NCBI GenBank assembly: GCA_043228905.1 | Contig: JBHGNT010000016.1 | Coordinates: forward strand, 12,586,001 to 12,650,000 | Reading direction: 5' to 3' | Length of the DNA stretch: 64,000 bases | Origin: Azolla caroliniana | Taxonomy: Eukaryota > Plantae > Polypodiophyta | Part shown: in pieces, positions 32,010-44,694 of the stretch | Numbering within the stretch: position 1 is the first letter of the stretch | How the letters are laid out: every line of letters begins with the position of its first letter | Notes under the pieces: generated by a model | Seen by the model: only the letters and a program-made list of their open reading frames with translations | The model's database searches: none | Told to the model about the DNA's origin: nothing | Made by a program: the position numbers and the translations under genes

Positions 32010-34790
32010 TCAGGGATCTATACCACCCTTAGACATGTATGCATAATGCATAGCCATGTATGTATCATAACCAAATCTTTCAACAGTTTTTTTCTCTCTA
32101 TCTGATCTTCTCAGTTTCTGATTTGCATCCTTCAATGCTTTTTCCATACCAGGGATTTTCAATCCTCTTATACCAAGAAGATCATCCAATGACACATCTG
32201 AATCCTCATCTTCCATGTTTTTAGACAAGTCATCCAACATTTCATACTCTGGCATTTTCTGTTTTCCTTTTTTATCATCACATTTTCTGTGTCCTCCACT
32301 TTTTCCACTCCAAGAATTTGAATCAGATTTACCATCTGAGCTTTTTGATGGTCCAGAACATTCTGTTGATGTTGGACTTTTCTGTCCAACCTTGCTTCCA
32401 TCTCTGTGGCAATCTTCTACATTTTCAGATTTGTCTTTGTCTTCAATCTCATTGTCTTCATCAGTCTCTGGATTCTGTTTTGGACTATACCAGCTGGCTA
32501 ACTCATCAAAGATTACATCCCTACTTGTCACAATCTTCTTTGTTACAGGGTTATAGCATCTATACCCTTTTTGTTCTTCTGAATAGCCAACAAAAATACA
32601 TTTTTCTGCCTTTGGATCCAGCTTACTTCTTACTTCTGCAGGCACATGTACATATGCAAGGCATCCAAACACTTTTAAGTGTTCTATACTAGGTTTCCTT
32701 CCATAGAAACACTCTTCAAGAGTTGCTTCATGTACTCCCGATGTTATACATCTATTTAGAATATAATTTGCTGTATTTACAGCTTCTGCCCAATAGTACA
32801 ATGGCATATTCTTCTCTGTCATCAAAGCCCTTGCAATGTTCACCAATGTTCTGTTTTTCCTCTCAGCAACTCCATTTTGTTGTGGAGTATATCTACATGT
32901 GAACTGTCTTCTTATTCCCTGATTGCATAGAAAATCAAAAAATTCATTGGAGAAATACTCTCCTCCTCCATCAGATCTTAAACATTTTATTCTTGTACTT
33001 GCCTGCTTTTCTACCATGCATTTAAACTTACGAAAACATTCAAACACTTCACTTTTCTCTTTCATGAAGTACACCCATGTTTTCCTTGAGCAATCATCAA
33101 TAAAAGTTACATAAAATCTGCAGCCACCGATAGATGCATTCTTAGTTGGTCCCCATACATCCGTATGTACCAAATCCAACAAATTTTTACTTACATGTCT
33201 TTCATGAGGGAATGGCAACCTATTTTGCTTTCCATATTGACATGCTTCACATATCTTTCCCATTTCACAATTTTTCAGTTTTGGCAGTCCAGCCACTGCA
33301 TCTTTTCTCAACATATTCTTTAGGGTTTGCATACTTATGTGGCCAATCCTTTTATGCCACATTTCCACATCTGAGACTACACTCATTCCATTTGCAAACA
33401 TAGATGAAATCTGTCTAGGCATGTCAACATCCAAAATAAACATTCTTCCTTGTCGTTTTCCTTTTGCAATGAGCTTCCCATTCTTTTCTATATAGCATCC
33501 ACTTTGCTTAAACTTTACTTGCATACCTTGCTCTACTATCTGTCCAACAGAAATCAGATTCTTAGCAAGATTTGGAACATGCATTACATTCAACATATAC
33601 TTAGTCTTTCCTTTTTCTTCCCACAATGGAATATCTCCAACATGTTCTATTTGGTGAGTACTATTATCACCCGTCTGTACATAGCCAGGAATCTCTGGTT
33701 CTCTCAACCTTTCAAACCAGTTTGCATGTCCAGTCATATGGTTAGATGCCCCCAAGTCTACATACCATGTAAACTCTTCATTACATTTCTGTGAGCTTTC
33801 AGCCACTGTTGCTATCTCATGTTGTACCACAAATGCACCATCTTTTTCACAATCTTCACTAGTTTGGGCATAGTTATTCTGCTGACTCTTTCCTCTTTTC
33901 TCATCATTTTGCTTCTTGTAACATTCAGCTTGTGTGTGGCCTGGTTTTCCACAATACCAACAGCCATCATCATTTACATATGTTTGCTTACCTCTACCTT
34001 GGTTGCTCCCCCTGCCTCTGTTGTTGTTTCTTCCTCTAATGGTTTGTTGTCCTCTTCCTTGATAACCATTATTGTTGGTTCTTGCTGAGCCAAATCTTCC
34101 ATGGCCTCTTCCTCGGCCTCTTCTGGCACTATTATATAGCGCTTGCCCCTCATTCTCAAGATTTCCTTTATTTACATCATCCATCTGATTCCTTTCTTCT
34201 ACTACAAGCATTGAAACCAAATCTGAGAAACTTGGGATACTATCCCTTGTAAGCATAGAGGTTTTAAAGCTTTTGTATTGGGGTCCCAAGCCTCTCAAGC
34301 ATATTTCTACCTTATCATCATCTTCTATCTTTACATTGATAGAAGCAAGTGATTCACATATGCTCTTTATTTTCAAGGCATACTCATTTATTGACATCTT
34401 ACCTTTTTCTAAGGTATTTAGCTCAGTCTTCAACTGTAGCTTTCTAGCTTTTGTGTTTACTGCAAACAGTTTTACCAAACTGTCCCAAGCTTCTTTTGGG
34501 AGCATAGCATCCTGTATGTGCCCAAGCATCGAATCTGAGATGCTAAGTGAGAGCCAATGCATTACCTTCCTTGCCCCTTGATTCCAATCTTTGAATGCTT
34601 TAATCTGTGCTGCTGTGGCATTTTCTTCTGGGATCTCCGGAGCCTCTTCTAGGTCTCCTTCAATGTAATCCCAGTATCCTTTCCCCATTAGGAAATTTGT
34701 CATTCTAAATTTCCACGCCGGGAAATTGTTTTTATCTAGTTTCTCTGTAACTATTTGGCCCGCATTCTCTGCAGCCATTATCTCTTCCAA
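32010..34790 (-). CDS. gag-pol: Copia O gag-protease-integrase (926 aa)
   Basis: CWYCGKPGHTQAEC knuckle, WYVDLGASNHMT, WHKRIGH, LVHTDVWGP, LRSDGGGEY, QQNGVAERKNR. Confidence 0.92.
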   Translation of the reverse strand: MEEIMAAENAGQIVTEKLDKNNFPAWKFRMTNFLMGKGYWDYIEGDLEEAPEIPEENATAAQIKAFKDWNQGARKVMHWLSLSISDSMLGHIQDAMLPKEAWDSLVKLFAVNTKARKLQLKTELNTLEKGKMSINEYALKIKSICESLASINVKIEDDDKVEICLRGLGPQYKSFKTSMLTRDSIPSFSDLVSMLVVEERNQMDDVNKGNLENEGQALYNSARRGRGRGHGRFGSARTNNNGYQGRGQQTIRGRNNNRGRGSNQGRGKQTYVNDDGCWYCGKPGHTQAECYKKQNDEKRGKSQQNNYAQTSEDCEKDGAFVVQHEIATVAESSQKCNEEFTWYVDLGASNHMTGHANWFERLREPEIPGYVQTGDNSTHQIEHVGDIPLWEEKGKTKYMLNVMHVPNLAKNLISVGQIVEQGMQVKFKQSGCYIEKNGKLIAKGKRQGRMFILDVDMPRQISSMFANGMSVVSDVEMWHKRIGHISMQTLKNMLRKDAVAGLPKLKNCEMGKICEACQYGKQNRLPFPHERHVSKNLLDLVHTDVWGPTKNASIGGCRFYVTFIDDCSRKTWVYFMKEKSEVFECFRKFKCMVEKQASTRIKCLRSDGGGEYFSNEFFDFLCNQGIRRQFTCRYTPQQNGVAERKNRTLVNIARALMTEKNMPLYYWAEAVNTANYILNRCITSGVHEATLEECFYGRKPSIEHLKVFGCLAYVHVPAEVRSKLDPKAEKCIFVGYSEEQKGYRCYNPVTKKIVTSRDVIFDELASWYSPKQNPETDEDNEIEDKDKSENVEDCHRDGSKVGQKSPTSTECSGPSKSSDGKSDSNSWSGKSGGHRKCDDKKGKQKMPEYEMLDDLSKNMEDEDSDVSLDDLLGIRGLKIPGMEKALKDANQKLRRSDREKKTVERFGYDTYMAMHYAYMSKGGIDP

Positions 34791-37700
34791 ACTAGGTTTT
34801 CTGTTACAATTACTTCAACAAGTAACTTTCTGATTCAGATCAGCAAACAGAGAAATACCTTTCTCAGATCTATGCACTTTTGTACTCTTCTTTATGAGCA
34901 ACTCTGCTCTGATACCATGTTAATAAAACGTGAAGAAGGCACTCGAGCTCTTCTTATGTGCGCGGCAGATCGTGGTGTGCTAGATTGTTTAGTGCTCAAA
35001 CACAGAAGGGAAGGGGGAAGGAGACTTACCTCTGTAGCAGCCAAAACTTCTTCTATTTCATTATGCGCAGAGCTCTACTTGCTCTCGTTTGTTTCTCTCT
35101 CTTGCTCTCACTCTCTGAGTTCTTTTTTTTCTATACTCACTATCTCTCTCTCAGAGTTATACTTCCTGTATATCTTCTTCTCTTTTTTCTTACTCTCTTA
35201 CTTTCTACCTAAGTAATAAGTTACTTACGTATGCAGCTAATTAGCTGCCTGTAGCTAATTAGCTATCAGTCGCTAAATAGCTGTCAGTAGCTAAATAGCT
35301 GTCAGTCGCTAAATAGCTGTCAGTAGCTAAATAGCTGTCAATCGCTAAATAGCTGTCACTCCTTTATGTTCACAAGTAGCTAAATAACTACTATAGCTTA
35401 TTTCCCAATAAGCATCGCATACCATGTTGAGCTTGCTTCTCAACAGGCTATCTGATCCCCGCTGCTCTTGTCGTTGTTCGGCCATTGCCACTATTGAGCT
35501 ACTGTGAAACCGAAGCCACTGTCTTTGTTAGGGCCATCCGGTTGTCGCCACTCTGGCGTTGCCGTTCGGCCACCGCTCCGGCCGTTGGTTGTCTGGCCAC
35601 CACAATCCGGTGATCGTCCCGACTTCATCATCATTCCGGCCGTTCAGCCCATCTGGTCATGTTTGTTTGTTCATCCGGTCGTGTCTGTTCGTTTCCTCAT
35701 GCTTTTCTACGACTCTTCGGCGATAGGTTGTTCTGTCATCTACTACTGTAGTTGTTCCTTCAACTGCTCTTGTTGCCACTCCGGCTCCAACTGTGGCTGC
35801 TTCTGGTTGACGTCCGTTTCCTACAGCTCTGTCGGTCTGACCGGTTCTTCCTCCTTTTCCGGCTCGACTAGTCATACCGGCTCTTCCTCCTTTTCCATCT
35901 CTACTGGTCTTACCGGCTCTTCCTCCTTTTCCGGTTCTACTGGTCTTGGCATCTCCTGGTTCTGCTATCCGGCGCTCAATCTCCACTTCCGCCGTCCACC
36001 GGAGTTTCTCTTTTTCTTGCAGGAGTTTGTCTCTCTCTTCTTTCAGCTGGTCATACGCTTGATGAACTCTTCTCAAGATTTCCTCTGTTCGGCTGTCAGC
36101 CGTCCTCCTTTGTTCCTCCTCCGCCACTTTTTTCAATTCCCGTTCCCTGGCTCGTAAAGCTTCTTGTGCTGCCAAGTCTTCCCTTAATGTGGCAACCTCC
36201 TGTGTTGACGTTTTATGAGTATTCGGGCCTGCCTGAGTTACCGGGGTCTGATTGTTCTGTAAAGTTACTAGAGCCACTGGTTCTGATTTCTGTGGTCCTT
36301 CTATGACCAACTTGGCCATTTCTATTTTGACCTTCTCTATTTCCTCCTCCATGCTCCGAATTCTTGATCGGGACATCTCTAATTCCTCGATTGTGGCTAG
36401 CAACCAGTCTTCCTGCACTTTCTCTTCCGCTTTTAACTGGCAGACGACACCGGCCACTTGTTCTGATATCCACCGTAGCCATTGACTGTCGATGCCTTGT
36501 TGTCGTGCCGATTCTGGTCGTGGGATAGCTTCTTCACTAGCCAGGAGTCTAGTATGCACGGTTACGTCGAGCGGCCGTTCTGGTTCTAGCTATTGTTGTT
36601 GGGCAGTGACACCGGCAATTCAATGACCAGTTCCTGATCCACCAATACAGCCGTGTCCTGGACCGCTGGTTCCGCGATGTCCTGCCGTACCAATTGCTTC
36701 GTACCCGATTCTTGTTGAGCCAATTCTGCCGTCTTCCTAGGCTGCAGCTTCTCAGGGAGAGCTTCCAATATAATATCCTCCATTGGCCTTGATGTCCCCC
36801 CTTCGTGGCCCTTTTCACTTGTCTAGCGACGCCGTAACAGCGTCTCCGTAGGCTCGTCTTCCTATTGTTCTTCCTCTAGGTTCTTGCTGTTGATTAGAGC
36901 CGGCAACGGATTTGATGTGGTCATTCCTGATTTCAGCCCTTCCGTAAACCAGGGAACTAGCTGTAATAACTGACCCAATGGCAGCGTAATTTGACATTCT
37001 TGTAACGCTTGCCATGTTGAGTCTTCTGGTTGAATCATGTCAGTGGCCTCTTCCGGTTTTTCCTTTTCCGCTCATTTGCCGTCTTCACCCACTCGGTGGC
37101 TTGCTTTCGGATTGCCTCTTGTGTTTCCCACTCCGTTGTTTTGCCTTTTGCCCTGGTGGTGACTTGTTGTATGTCGGCGACTTCTGCTACCACCATATTT
37201 ACGACTGGTCTTTTCTCGTAGCTTTTAACCGGACATTGATTATTGTAATGTCCTTCTTGCTGGCAATAGTATCAGTACGCTTTCCGGGTGTTGCTGGATT
37301 CAGTGTTCACTCCGGTACCCGGTTGAGGTTCTATTGGTGGTCGGTTAGGTGCTTGGCCTTGGTCCAGTTGGGCACTTGCCTCCTTTCTAGCGTTCCATTT
37401 TTTGTTGAAGAGTTTTTTGTTCCGGTAACCATGTCGGGGTCGGTTTTCATAATTGCCTTGATTCTCCCTCCGTTGGTTGTAACCGGGGGAGTGATCCCGG
37501 TTGTATCGCTCATATCGATCACCATTGTAATCCCGGTAATTATCCTGCCGGTCTCGGTCGTGAGCGTCTTTTCTGTCGCTGTGTCGGACATCTTGCATCG
37601 GCCGGTAACGCTCATCTCGCCGCCAGCATTCTTCTTCCTCCTCCCGGTTACTCCGGTGTTCGATTTGCCTTACCGGTGCCGCTTGCCGGTTCAGCAAGTT

Positions 37701-38949
37701 ATATTCGCATTGGTCCATTGTGTGCGCCCTGGAATGGCATAACATGGTACATTCTATTGCCGAGTGCCCGGCATTGAGATAAGTCGTACATTGTATAGCT
37801 TGTCGAAAATGTAGGTCGTCTTCTGTCGGTAATGTACTTTGGAGGGCCCCCATTGTTAGCCATGAGCTTGTTTTCTCCATCTCCCTGACTCGTTCTATGA
37901 CTTGGTCAATCATGCTGGTGCGGAAATCAATCACTGTGCACACCGTACGCAGGGGTTCCCGGAGTGCTGCTAGGAATATTGCTTTAGCCTCTGCTTCCGG
38001 TGGTGCCCGATTTAGCTGGTTGTGCATTCGCTAGAACCGGATTACAATTGTTGAATGGTTTCTGTGGGTTCCTACCGTATGGTGTAGAATAGGCCGACCA
38101 TCTCCCGTTGATCCACCTCCTTGTTAAAGAACTGTAAAAATCTGATTTTTAAGTCCTCAAACGTGGTGATGGTGTCGAGAGGGTGCGTCAATCGCCATCG
38201 CGCAGCTGGTCCTTCCAATGTCATGCCGAACTCTACAATCTTCGAGCGTTCTCCTTCAGCGGCGGTCAAGTGTTGCAACACATGGTTTGCTTCCCATGTT
38301 TGTAGAAATGCATAGACATGAGCTTCCGCGTCCAGATCATCCCGATACTTGGGATATTGGAACGGCATGTCGTCGTCCAGTGTCGAAACACGGGTTGGTG
38401 GTGTCGGAGGTCTCCCCTCCTCTTCTTTTGGTGTCAGACGTCTTTCCTCCTCTTCTTTCGGTGTCTCACATGGCGGTGTCGGAAGTTGATCCGCCACTGG
38501 CCGGTCTGGGGCTTCCAGTTCCGTTAACTCTGGTTGCGGTGTCAACAAGGTATCCGACTACTCGTCCTCCGGTCCGTCTGGGGTGTCATGGCTGCTACAG
38601 TAATTCGAATGGGCACTGCATTCGCCCTCCAAATCCGATTCGAAGGCCGAGAATGGTTCCGAATCGCCTCCCCCTGTCTCTAGGGCCTGCAGAATGGATT
38701 CCGCGTCCCAGAGACTGCTCAAGCTGCTTCCTTCGTCCGGTTGGGAATTTTGTTGCCCGTGGAGTGACTCCACGGCCACTTGTCGGATTACTTTGGAAAC
38801 TGACCGATCCGCATGGATCTCTTCTGCCACCTGCTGGAAAGCCTCTCACTTTCGCAATCGTTCAGCAAGTCTTCTTGCTCACTCCGTAACCAGGTCATTT
38901 GTTGGTCTAGTCATCCATGCCCGCCGTTGTTCACTGCGTTTGTGCAGGA

Positions 38950-38962
38950 ATCGTGGTCGCCA
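38950..38962 (-). promoter_or_regulatory. Sense PBS of F (tRNA-Arg type)
   Basis: Minus strand TGGCGACCACGAT, 5 nt from the LTR. Confidence 0.85.
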
Positions 38963-39408
38963 AAAACTGTTGTAGGTTTTTAGGGTTAGGGTTAGGGTTA
39001 ATGATAATGAAGATAGATATGGTGTAATAGTGGAGATGATGAATGGTATGATGGTGAGAGAGAACATGAAGAATAAGAGAAGCATTGAGAAGCATTGCGG
39101 GGTGGGGGGTGGTGCCTAGAATGGCTCCACCCCCCACCCCACAATGCTTCTCAATGCTTGTCGTCTCTCTCACCATCAATCCCATAACGCTCATCATCCT
39201 CATCAAACACACCATCTCCATCACCAATCATCATTATCATTAACCCTAACCCTAAAACCTACAACACTATTTGGCGACCACAATTCCTGCAGTGAGCAGA
39301 GAACACCGGGGGATGGATGTCTCGACCGACTTATGGCCAAGTCATCGAACGAGGAAGAAGACTTGTCGAAAGTCAGCAAAGGCGGGCAGCCTTCTAACAA
39401 GCAGCCAA

Positions 39409-40264
39409 GGAGTCTGTGGGCTCCCGTGGTTTTTCCCTCTCAGGGTTGTCCATGTTAACATACTGTGTACTCTCTCTCACTTATGTGTGTTCGTGCATTT
39501 ATCTTTATTGCCCATTTCTTTTGTGTTTAATTATCATTAAGTGATCTAAGTCTCGGTTGTGGCCGAAGATTATTACGCATTTTTCACGTCAGTATCACTG
39601 GTTGCAGGTGAAAGTGGAAGAAGGAGAGTTTACCCTGGTGAAGATCCATACTGACAACAATGGATCCAACATGCTTACGAAGAACCTGCCGATGGACAGA
39701 CTCAGAGTCTGTCGACAAAGGATAGGACTAACCGACACCACCCATAGGAGTGAAGGGGGAGTTTGTTAGGAACATGTCCCTCCGGAGGAGCGAACTGGTC
39801 GGGTTGAGATCTGACAATCGATGACAAGGGGGAGTCGACAATATAAAAGATGATCCAAGTTAAAGACACGACCGACTAGTCGGGCTGACCGGATGGTCGA
39901 AGATGAGGCTGACTAGTCGGGCCGACTGGACAGTCGACATTGGAGTCAGCTAGTTGATTTGACCAGTCAACTGATTAACTAATATTGTTATTAGTATAAT
40001 AATAGGAATGAACGTAGTAGAGGCTACATTTTGTAAATGGCCCATTTAGTGTATAAGTATAAATACACTTAGGGCAAAGCAACAAAGTGTAAAACAAAAC
40101 TATAGAACTGAGCAGGCTAGAGACATAGTGAGGGAGAGAGAGCGAGAGCGGCGCCATAGCCAAGTGAGGTTAGACGCTAAGAGCCCTGCGTGGCTAATAC
40201 ACTCTATGTGAAAAGTGTTGTATTGTGATCTCGTCTTGTATTCTCTGTTGTATAGTGGAATCTC
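39409..40264 (+). repeat. Inverted duplicate of 46828-47692 (copia I LTR end, J RNase H end, PPT, part of J LTR)
   Basis: Reverse-complement match along ~860 bp; near-identical ORFs MWPKIITHFS... at 39557 (+) and 47544 (-). Confidence 0.92.
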
Positions 40265-43079
40265 CAAACTACACCGCCAAACTACACCGCCAAAGTCAAG
40301 GAGGAAATCGACAAGTTGCTGAGGGTTGGCTTTATCCGTCCCATAAAGAAATCTACATGGATGAGCCCGATAGTAGTCGTACCAAAGAAAAACGGCAAAA
40401 TTAGAGTATGTGTTGACTACCGGAAGCTTAATGTGGCGACGGTAACTGATGCATTTCCACTTCCATTTACGGATGAAGTTTTGGACGCAGTAGCCGGCCA
40501 TGAGGTATACAGTTTTTTAGAGGGATTCAGCGGATACAACCAGATCCGGATGCACCCCGATGACCAGGAGAAAACGGCTTTCGTCACTGAATGGGGGGTG
40601 TTTGTTGCCGTAGTGATGATGTTCGGACTAAAAACGGCGTCGGCAAAGTTCCAGAGGATCATCATGGAAATATTCGGAGAATTCATACCGGCATTCATGC
40701 AGGTGTTCCTCGACAACTTCGCCGTTTACAGCAGGGAAGGAGACCACCTTCAACACCTCCGACTATGTCTAGAAAAGTGTAGGGCTTACCGGCTAAGCCT
40801 GAATCCGGCGAAGTGTGTATTCGGCGTGTCCAACGGAACACTACTAGGGCACATTGTGAGCAAGGCATCGTGGTGGATCCAGACAAAGTAAAAGCAATCC
40901 TGGAGGCACCGGCACCAACAACGGCAAAGGCATTGAGTCGTTTCTTAGGCCAAATCCATTGGCATAGTCGCATGCTCCGGTATTTGGCGGACCTAGCTAC
41001 ACCACTGCATGTTGCGGTACACCGAACACCGTTCCAGTGGACCTACACCGAAGACAAGGCGTACCGGGCACTCAAAGTTCTATTGTCGCAAGCGCCGATA
41101 GTGCAACCCCCGGATTGGGTGAAGGAATTTCATGTGTTCGTGGATGCGTCCAACATTGCAATCAGGAGTGCGCTGATGCAACTTACGGAGCCAAGATGGT
41201 ACCGGCCCGTATATTACGCAAGCCGGAAGTTATCCCAAGCCGAACGAAATTATTCCACCATGGAGAGGGAAGCTTTAGGCATGATCTACAACGTAACAAC
41301 ATTCAGGCATTATTTATTGGGAAGAAAGTTTTCCTTCCATGTAGATCATTCGGCACTCCTCTACCTAGTGTCCAAAGCGTCACTTACCGGTAAGTTGGCT
41401 CGGTGGACTTTGCTATTACAGGAATTCAAATTCGAGATATTCCACCGACCCGGAATACAGCATGCGGTAGCCGATTATTTAAGCCGGTTAGATTCCGGCG
41501 AAAGCGGCGACGGAGTACCAGACGAGTTTTCGGATGCTGAGCTATTTCGAGTCACCGCGGAAATGGCAACAGATGAAACGGTGGCACCAGAAGATAAGTG
41601 GCTAATAAATATGCACCAATTTCTGAGCACCGGATTGCCTCCGGAGGAGATGAACCGGGACGAGAGGAAACGCCTGGCGGTACAAAGCTGGCACTTCTGT
41701 TTATTACAAGACACGCTATACCACAAAGGTGCGGACGATATATGGCGATGAGCGGTGCGCAGCGACGAGAAAGAGGTAATACTACGGGAAGCACACTGCG
41801 GAGTCGCCGGAGGCCATTATGTCGGGGATGCTACGGCAAGGAAGATATGGCAAAGTGGCCTATGGTGGCCGACTACATTGAAAGACAGTCTGGTACGCGA
41901 AAGAGTGTGATCTATGCCAGCCAATGGGCCAGCCAACGGAGCAAGCTAGGATGCCGCACCAGCCAGTACTACCGCTAGAACCATTTCAGAAATAGGGACT
42001 TGATTTTGTCAGACCATTTAAACCACCGGCAATGAGAACTGGCAACCGGTATGTGATCGTCGCGACGGACTACTGCACTAAATGGGTGGAAGCCAAAGCC
42101 CTACGAGACAACACCGCGGCGTCGACGGCAAAATTCTTATACGAATACATTTGGTGCCGGTACGGATGCCCCATAGAGCTGATAAGCGACCAAGGAGGGC
42201 ACTTTCTTGGACAGGTAGTGGAGAGCTTGACGTCATTCTATGCGGTAGTACATCAACGGAGCACCCCGTACTACCCACAAGCCAACGGATTAGCTGAGTC
42301 AACAAACAAAACGCTACAAAATATCCTGCACAAGATCGTCAATGAGAATCGAACAAATTGGGAATCGAACAGATTGGGACACGAAGCTGCACAGTGCACT
42401 CTGGGCTTACCGGACAGCCTACAAAACAAGTATCCAAACCACACCATTCCGGTTAGCATTCGGATTGGAGTCAGTCATGTCGGTCGAGTTCCAGGTACCG
42501 AGCTTACAGATCCAGATTCAGGAACGACTTAATGAAAAGGAATCGGAGGCAATTCGTTTAAGGGCTCTGTGTGAACTAGAAGAACACCGACTGGCGAGCA
42601 TCATGCACCTGGAATTGGAACAACGGCGACGGAAAGCGTTTGTAGATCAGCACCAGAAGGGAAAAGAAAAGATGTTCGAAATCGGCAAGCCAGTACTAGT
42701 GTTCCAGACCCAGATGGGTAAAATGCCAGGCAAACTACGGTTTAGATGGACTGGACCGTACTGGATCACACGCGGGTTCAATGGGTCTTACCAGTTAGGG
42801 ACACTTGCCGGTGAGGTGTTGGGTAAATGGGTCAACGGATTTAGACTAAAACCATACAAAGGACCTATGCCCAAGAACCCATTTGAACGAAGGGCCGACA
42901 CCGAATCAAACACCGGCAGGCCAACCAAGACGGCAACCTGTGAGGAAAATGGCTACCACCAAGCCGGTAAGGAGGAGCACGAGCCAGCAACCGGGGAGAG
43001 CAAAACGACGGCAAACTGTCAAGAGGACGGCAAGGTGCGTGTTTCGGGTAAGGGTCCGAGAGGACCGGAGAAAAATTAA
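40265..43079 (+). pseudogene. RT-RNase H-integrase fragments of G
   Basis: ORFs 40316-40891, 40813-41751, 42032-42532, 42342-43079, closely similar to E pol. Confidence 0.9.
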
Positions 43080-43200
43080 CCACACAATTAATTTTAAAAA
43101 TAAAAAAAAAAATCGAATCAAAGAAATCATGCAAATGAGTGGTGGGAACGGCCATGCAAACGAGGATTAAAGAGGCGCTTCAAAAAGGTACAAGGAGGCT

Positions 43201-44263
43201 ATGAATAGGGCATTAAAACACCGCCACATGGCACGAAATGCTATTATAGTACACGACCTACACATGTGTAGGCTCGAAAAAGGCGCCAAGATGCAGAGAG
43301 AAAACGCCCCCCGCATCGAGACCTTCTTCTTTCGCGAACCAAGGAGAACAGACGCAGACAGACGCGTGAAGATCAATCGAAGAGAGCTCGCGCACAGAGA
43401 ACCCCCTCACTCAGAACTTTCTCTCTCACACTCTCTCCACCGTCAAACCTCGCCAACGCTCTCCAACCTCGACGTAGAGATGGACTGCCAAACACTGTCT
43501 GAAGCCGCCAAGAAATGGCTACGGCAACACGGACTGGAGGGTTTCTTGACGATCATGGAGGCGGCGCCACACAAGGAGGCCGAAAAGATTATCAACGACA
43601 TTGACACCGAGCTGATCACGGAGGAAGCGATCCGTGCGTTAACATGCCTTCCGGAGGGGGGCATCTACACGATCGACAATCCTACCTCCGAGCAACTTAT
43701 CAAATATTTCAGTGAGTATTCTCTCGCCAGCAAGGGCGGCGAAGATATGTTATTCCGTGAAATTGCCCGTGTACTCCATGAGTTCGGCCACGTATACCCT
43801 CGACCCCCCGTTATGCCTCAGAACCGAGCAGGCTTGATTATCGCAACGTACGAAGGGGTCAAGGTGGATTGGACGGTGTTGATCGCCGACGGATTGTGTG
43901 CGGCGATTGAGACCATAAGAGGTAAGGAAGGCAAAGAAGGCCGGAAAATATGGCATGCGGTGACACAATGGCTCACCCTATTGGTGCCACCTGTCAAGCC
44001 CGTCCAGACCAAGAAACGGGGAAGAGCAACGGACGGCACCCCGAAACCTGCTTCAAAACGGCAACAGTTGTTGGCCTCCAAGGCCACTAAGGGGAAGACG
44101 ACTGACGTAGAGAAGGCGGCAAAGGAGCGCGCCAGCCGGAAGCGGCCGACGGACACGCACGAGGAGACACCGGCACGGCCCCTGAAGAGCCCACTCCACC
44201 GACCGGTGCAGCAAGAAGCGGACACCCTGGCGACAAGAATGAATGCCGAGACTCAGGAGGAGA
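43201..44263 (+). pseudogene. Extra ORF of G, N-terminal part, truncated by an LTR junction
   Basis: MDCQTLSEAAKKWLRQHGLEGFL...ITEEAIRALTCLPEGG...VKVDWTVLIADGL, open for over 300 codons. Confidence 0.8.
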
Positions 44264-44694
44264 ATCCTAGGACCAGACAACAGCCTAACATAGGGTGTCC
44301 ACTTAAGACACTTCACCAAAGGGTGTTGCGGCAAGATGACTTACGACACAACGCTTAATTAGACCTTAATCGGTTACTTAGCAATACATCATTAACATGC
44401 GTAAGATATACAATAAGCGCAGAACGGTAATCAATACTAAAGGATTAAGGCAATAAGTTCTATTAATTATCCGCTGTCAATTACATTGTAATCGGGCCTT
44501 TATGTACGTCTCCGGTGCGAAGTACAAAATGGTGCCAACCGGCACCTATTCGGAATCGGTCCGGATCCGGATCGGCATACCGATTCCGGTCCGTCCATCC
44601 ATATTAATAAAATAATCACAACAGTTCCCGAATAAACTATTCCTTTCACACTCTGGTCTGGACATCCTTAAGCCTTCTTGCCAGTCGGGTAACA
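44264..44694 (-). repeat. E-type LTR inserted in the 3' LTR of G, left end clipped by a deletion
   Basis: Aligns with 16401-16842 in the same orientation (AGACACTTCACCAAAGGG, GGTGCCAACCGGCACC, ends CGGGTAACA). Confidence 0.85.

Larger units (their letters stand above)
29863..35445 (-). mobile_element. Copia element O, complete and young
   Basis: LTRs 29863-30408 (546 bp) and 34918-35445 (528 bp), near identical; perfect TSD GGCTA; PBS-Met 34906-34917; PPT region 30409-30426. Confidence 0.97.
28186..39126 (-). mobile_element. Gypsy element F, pol-less relative of E with a different LTR; contains copia O
   Basis: LTR 28186-28661 and partial LTR 38968-39126; PBS 38950-38962; gag 37030-38900 closely similar to E; jump at ~36898 from the pre-protease region into the extra ORF (35657-36559 coiled coil). 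Confidence 0.88.

Noticed and set aside
38980-39000. TTAGGG repeats as a telomere or healed chromosome break
   Set aside because: Only 2-3 units, at a fixed position in every F/G-type LTR
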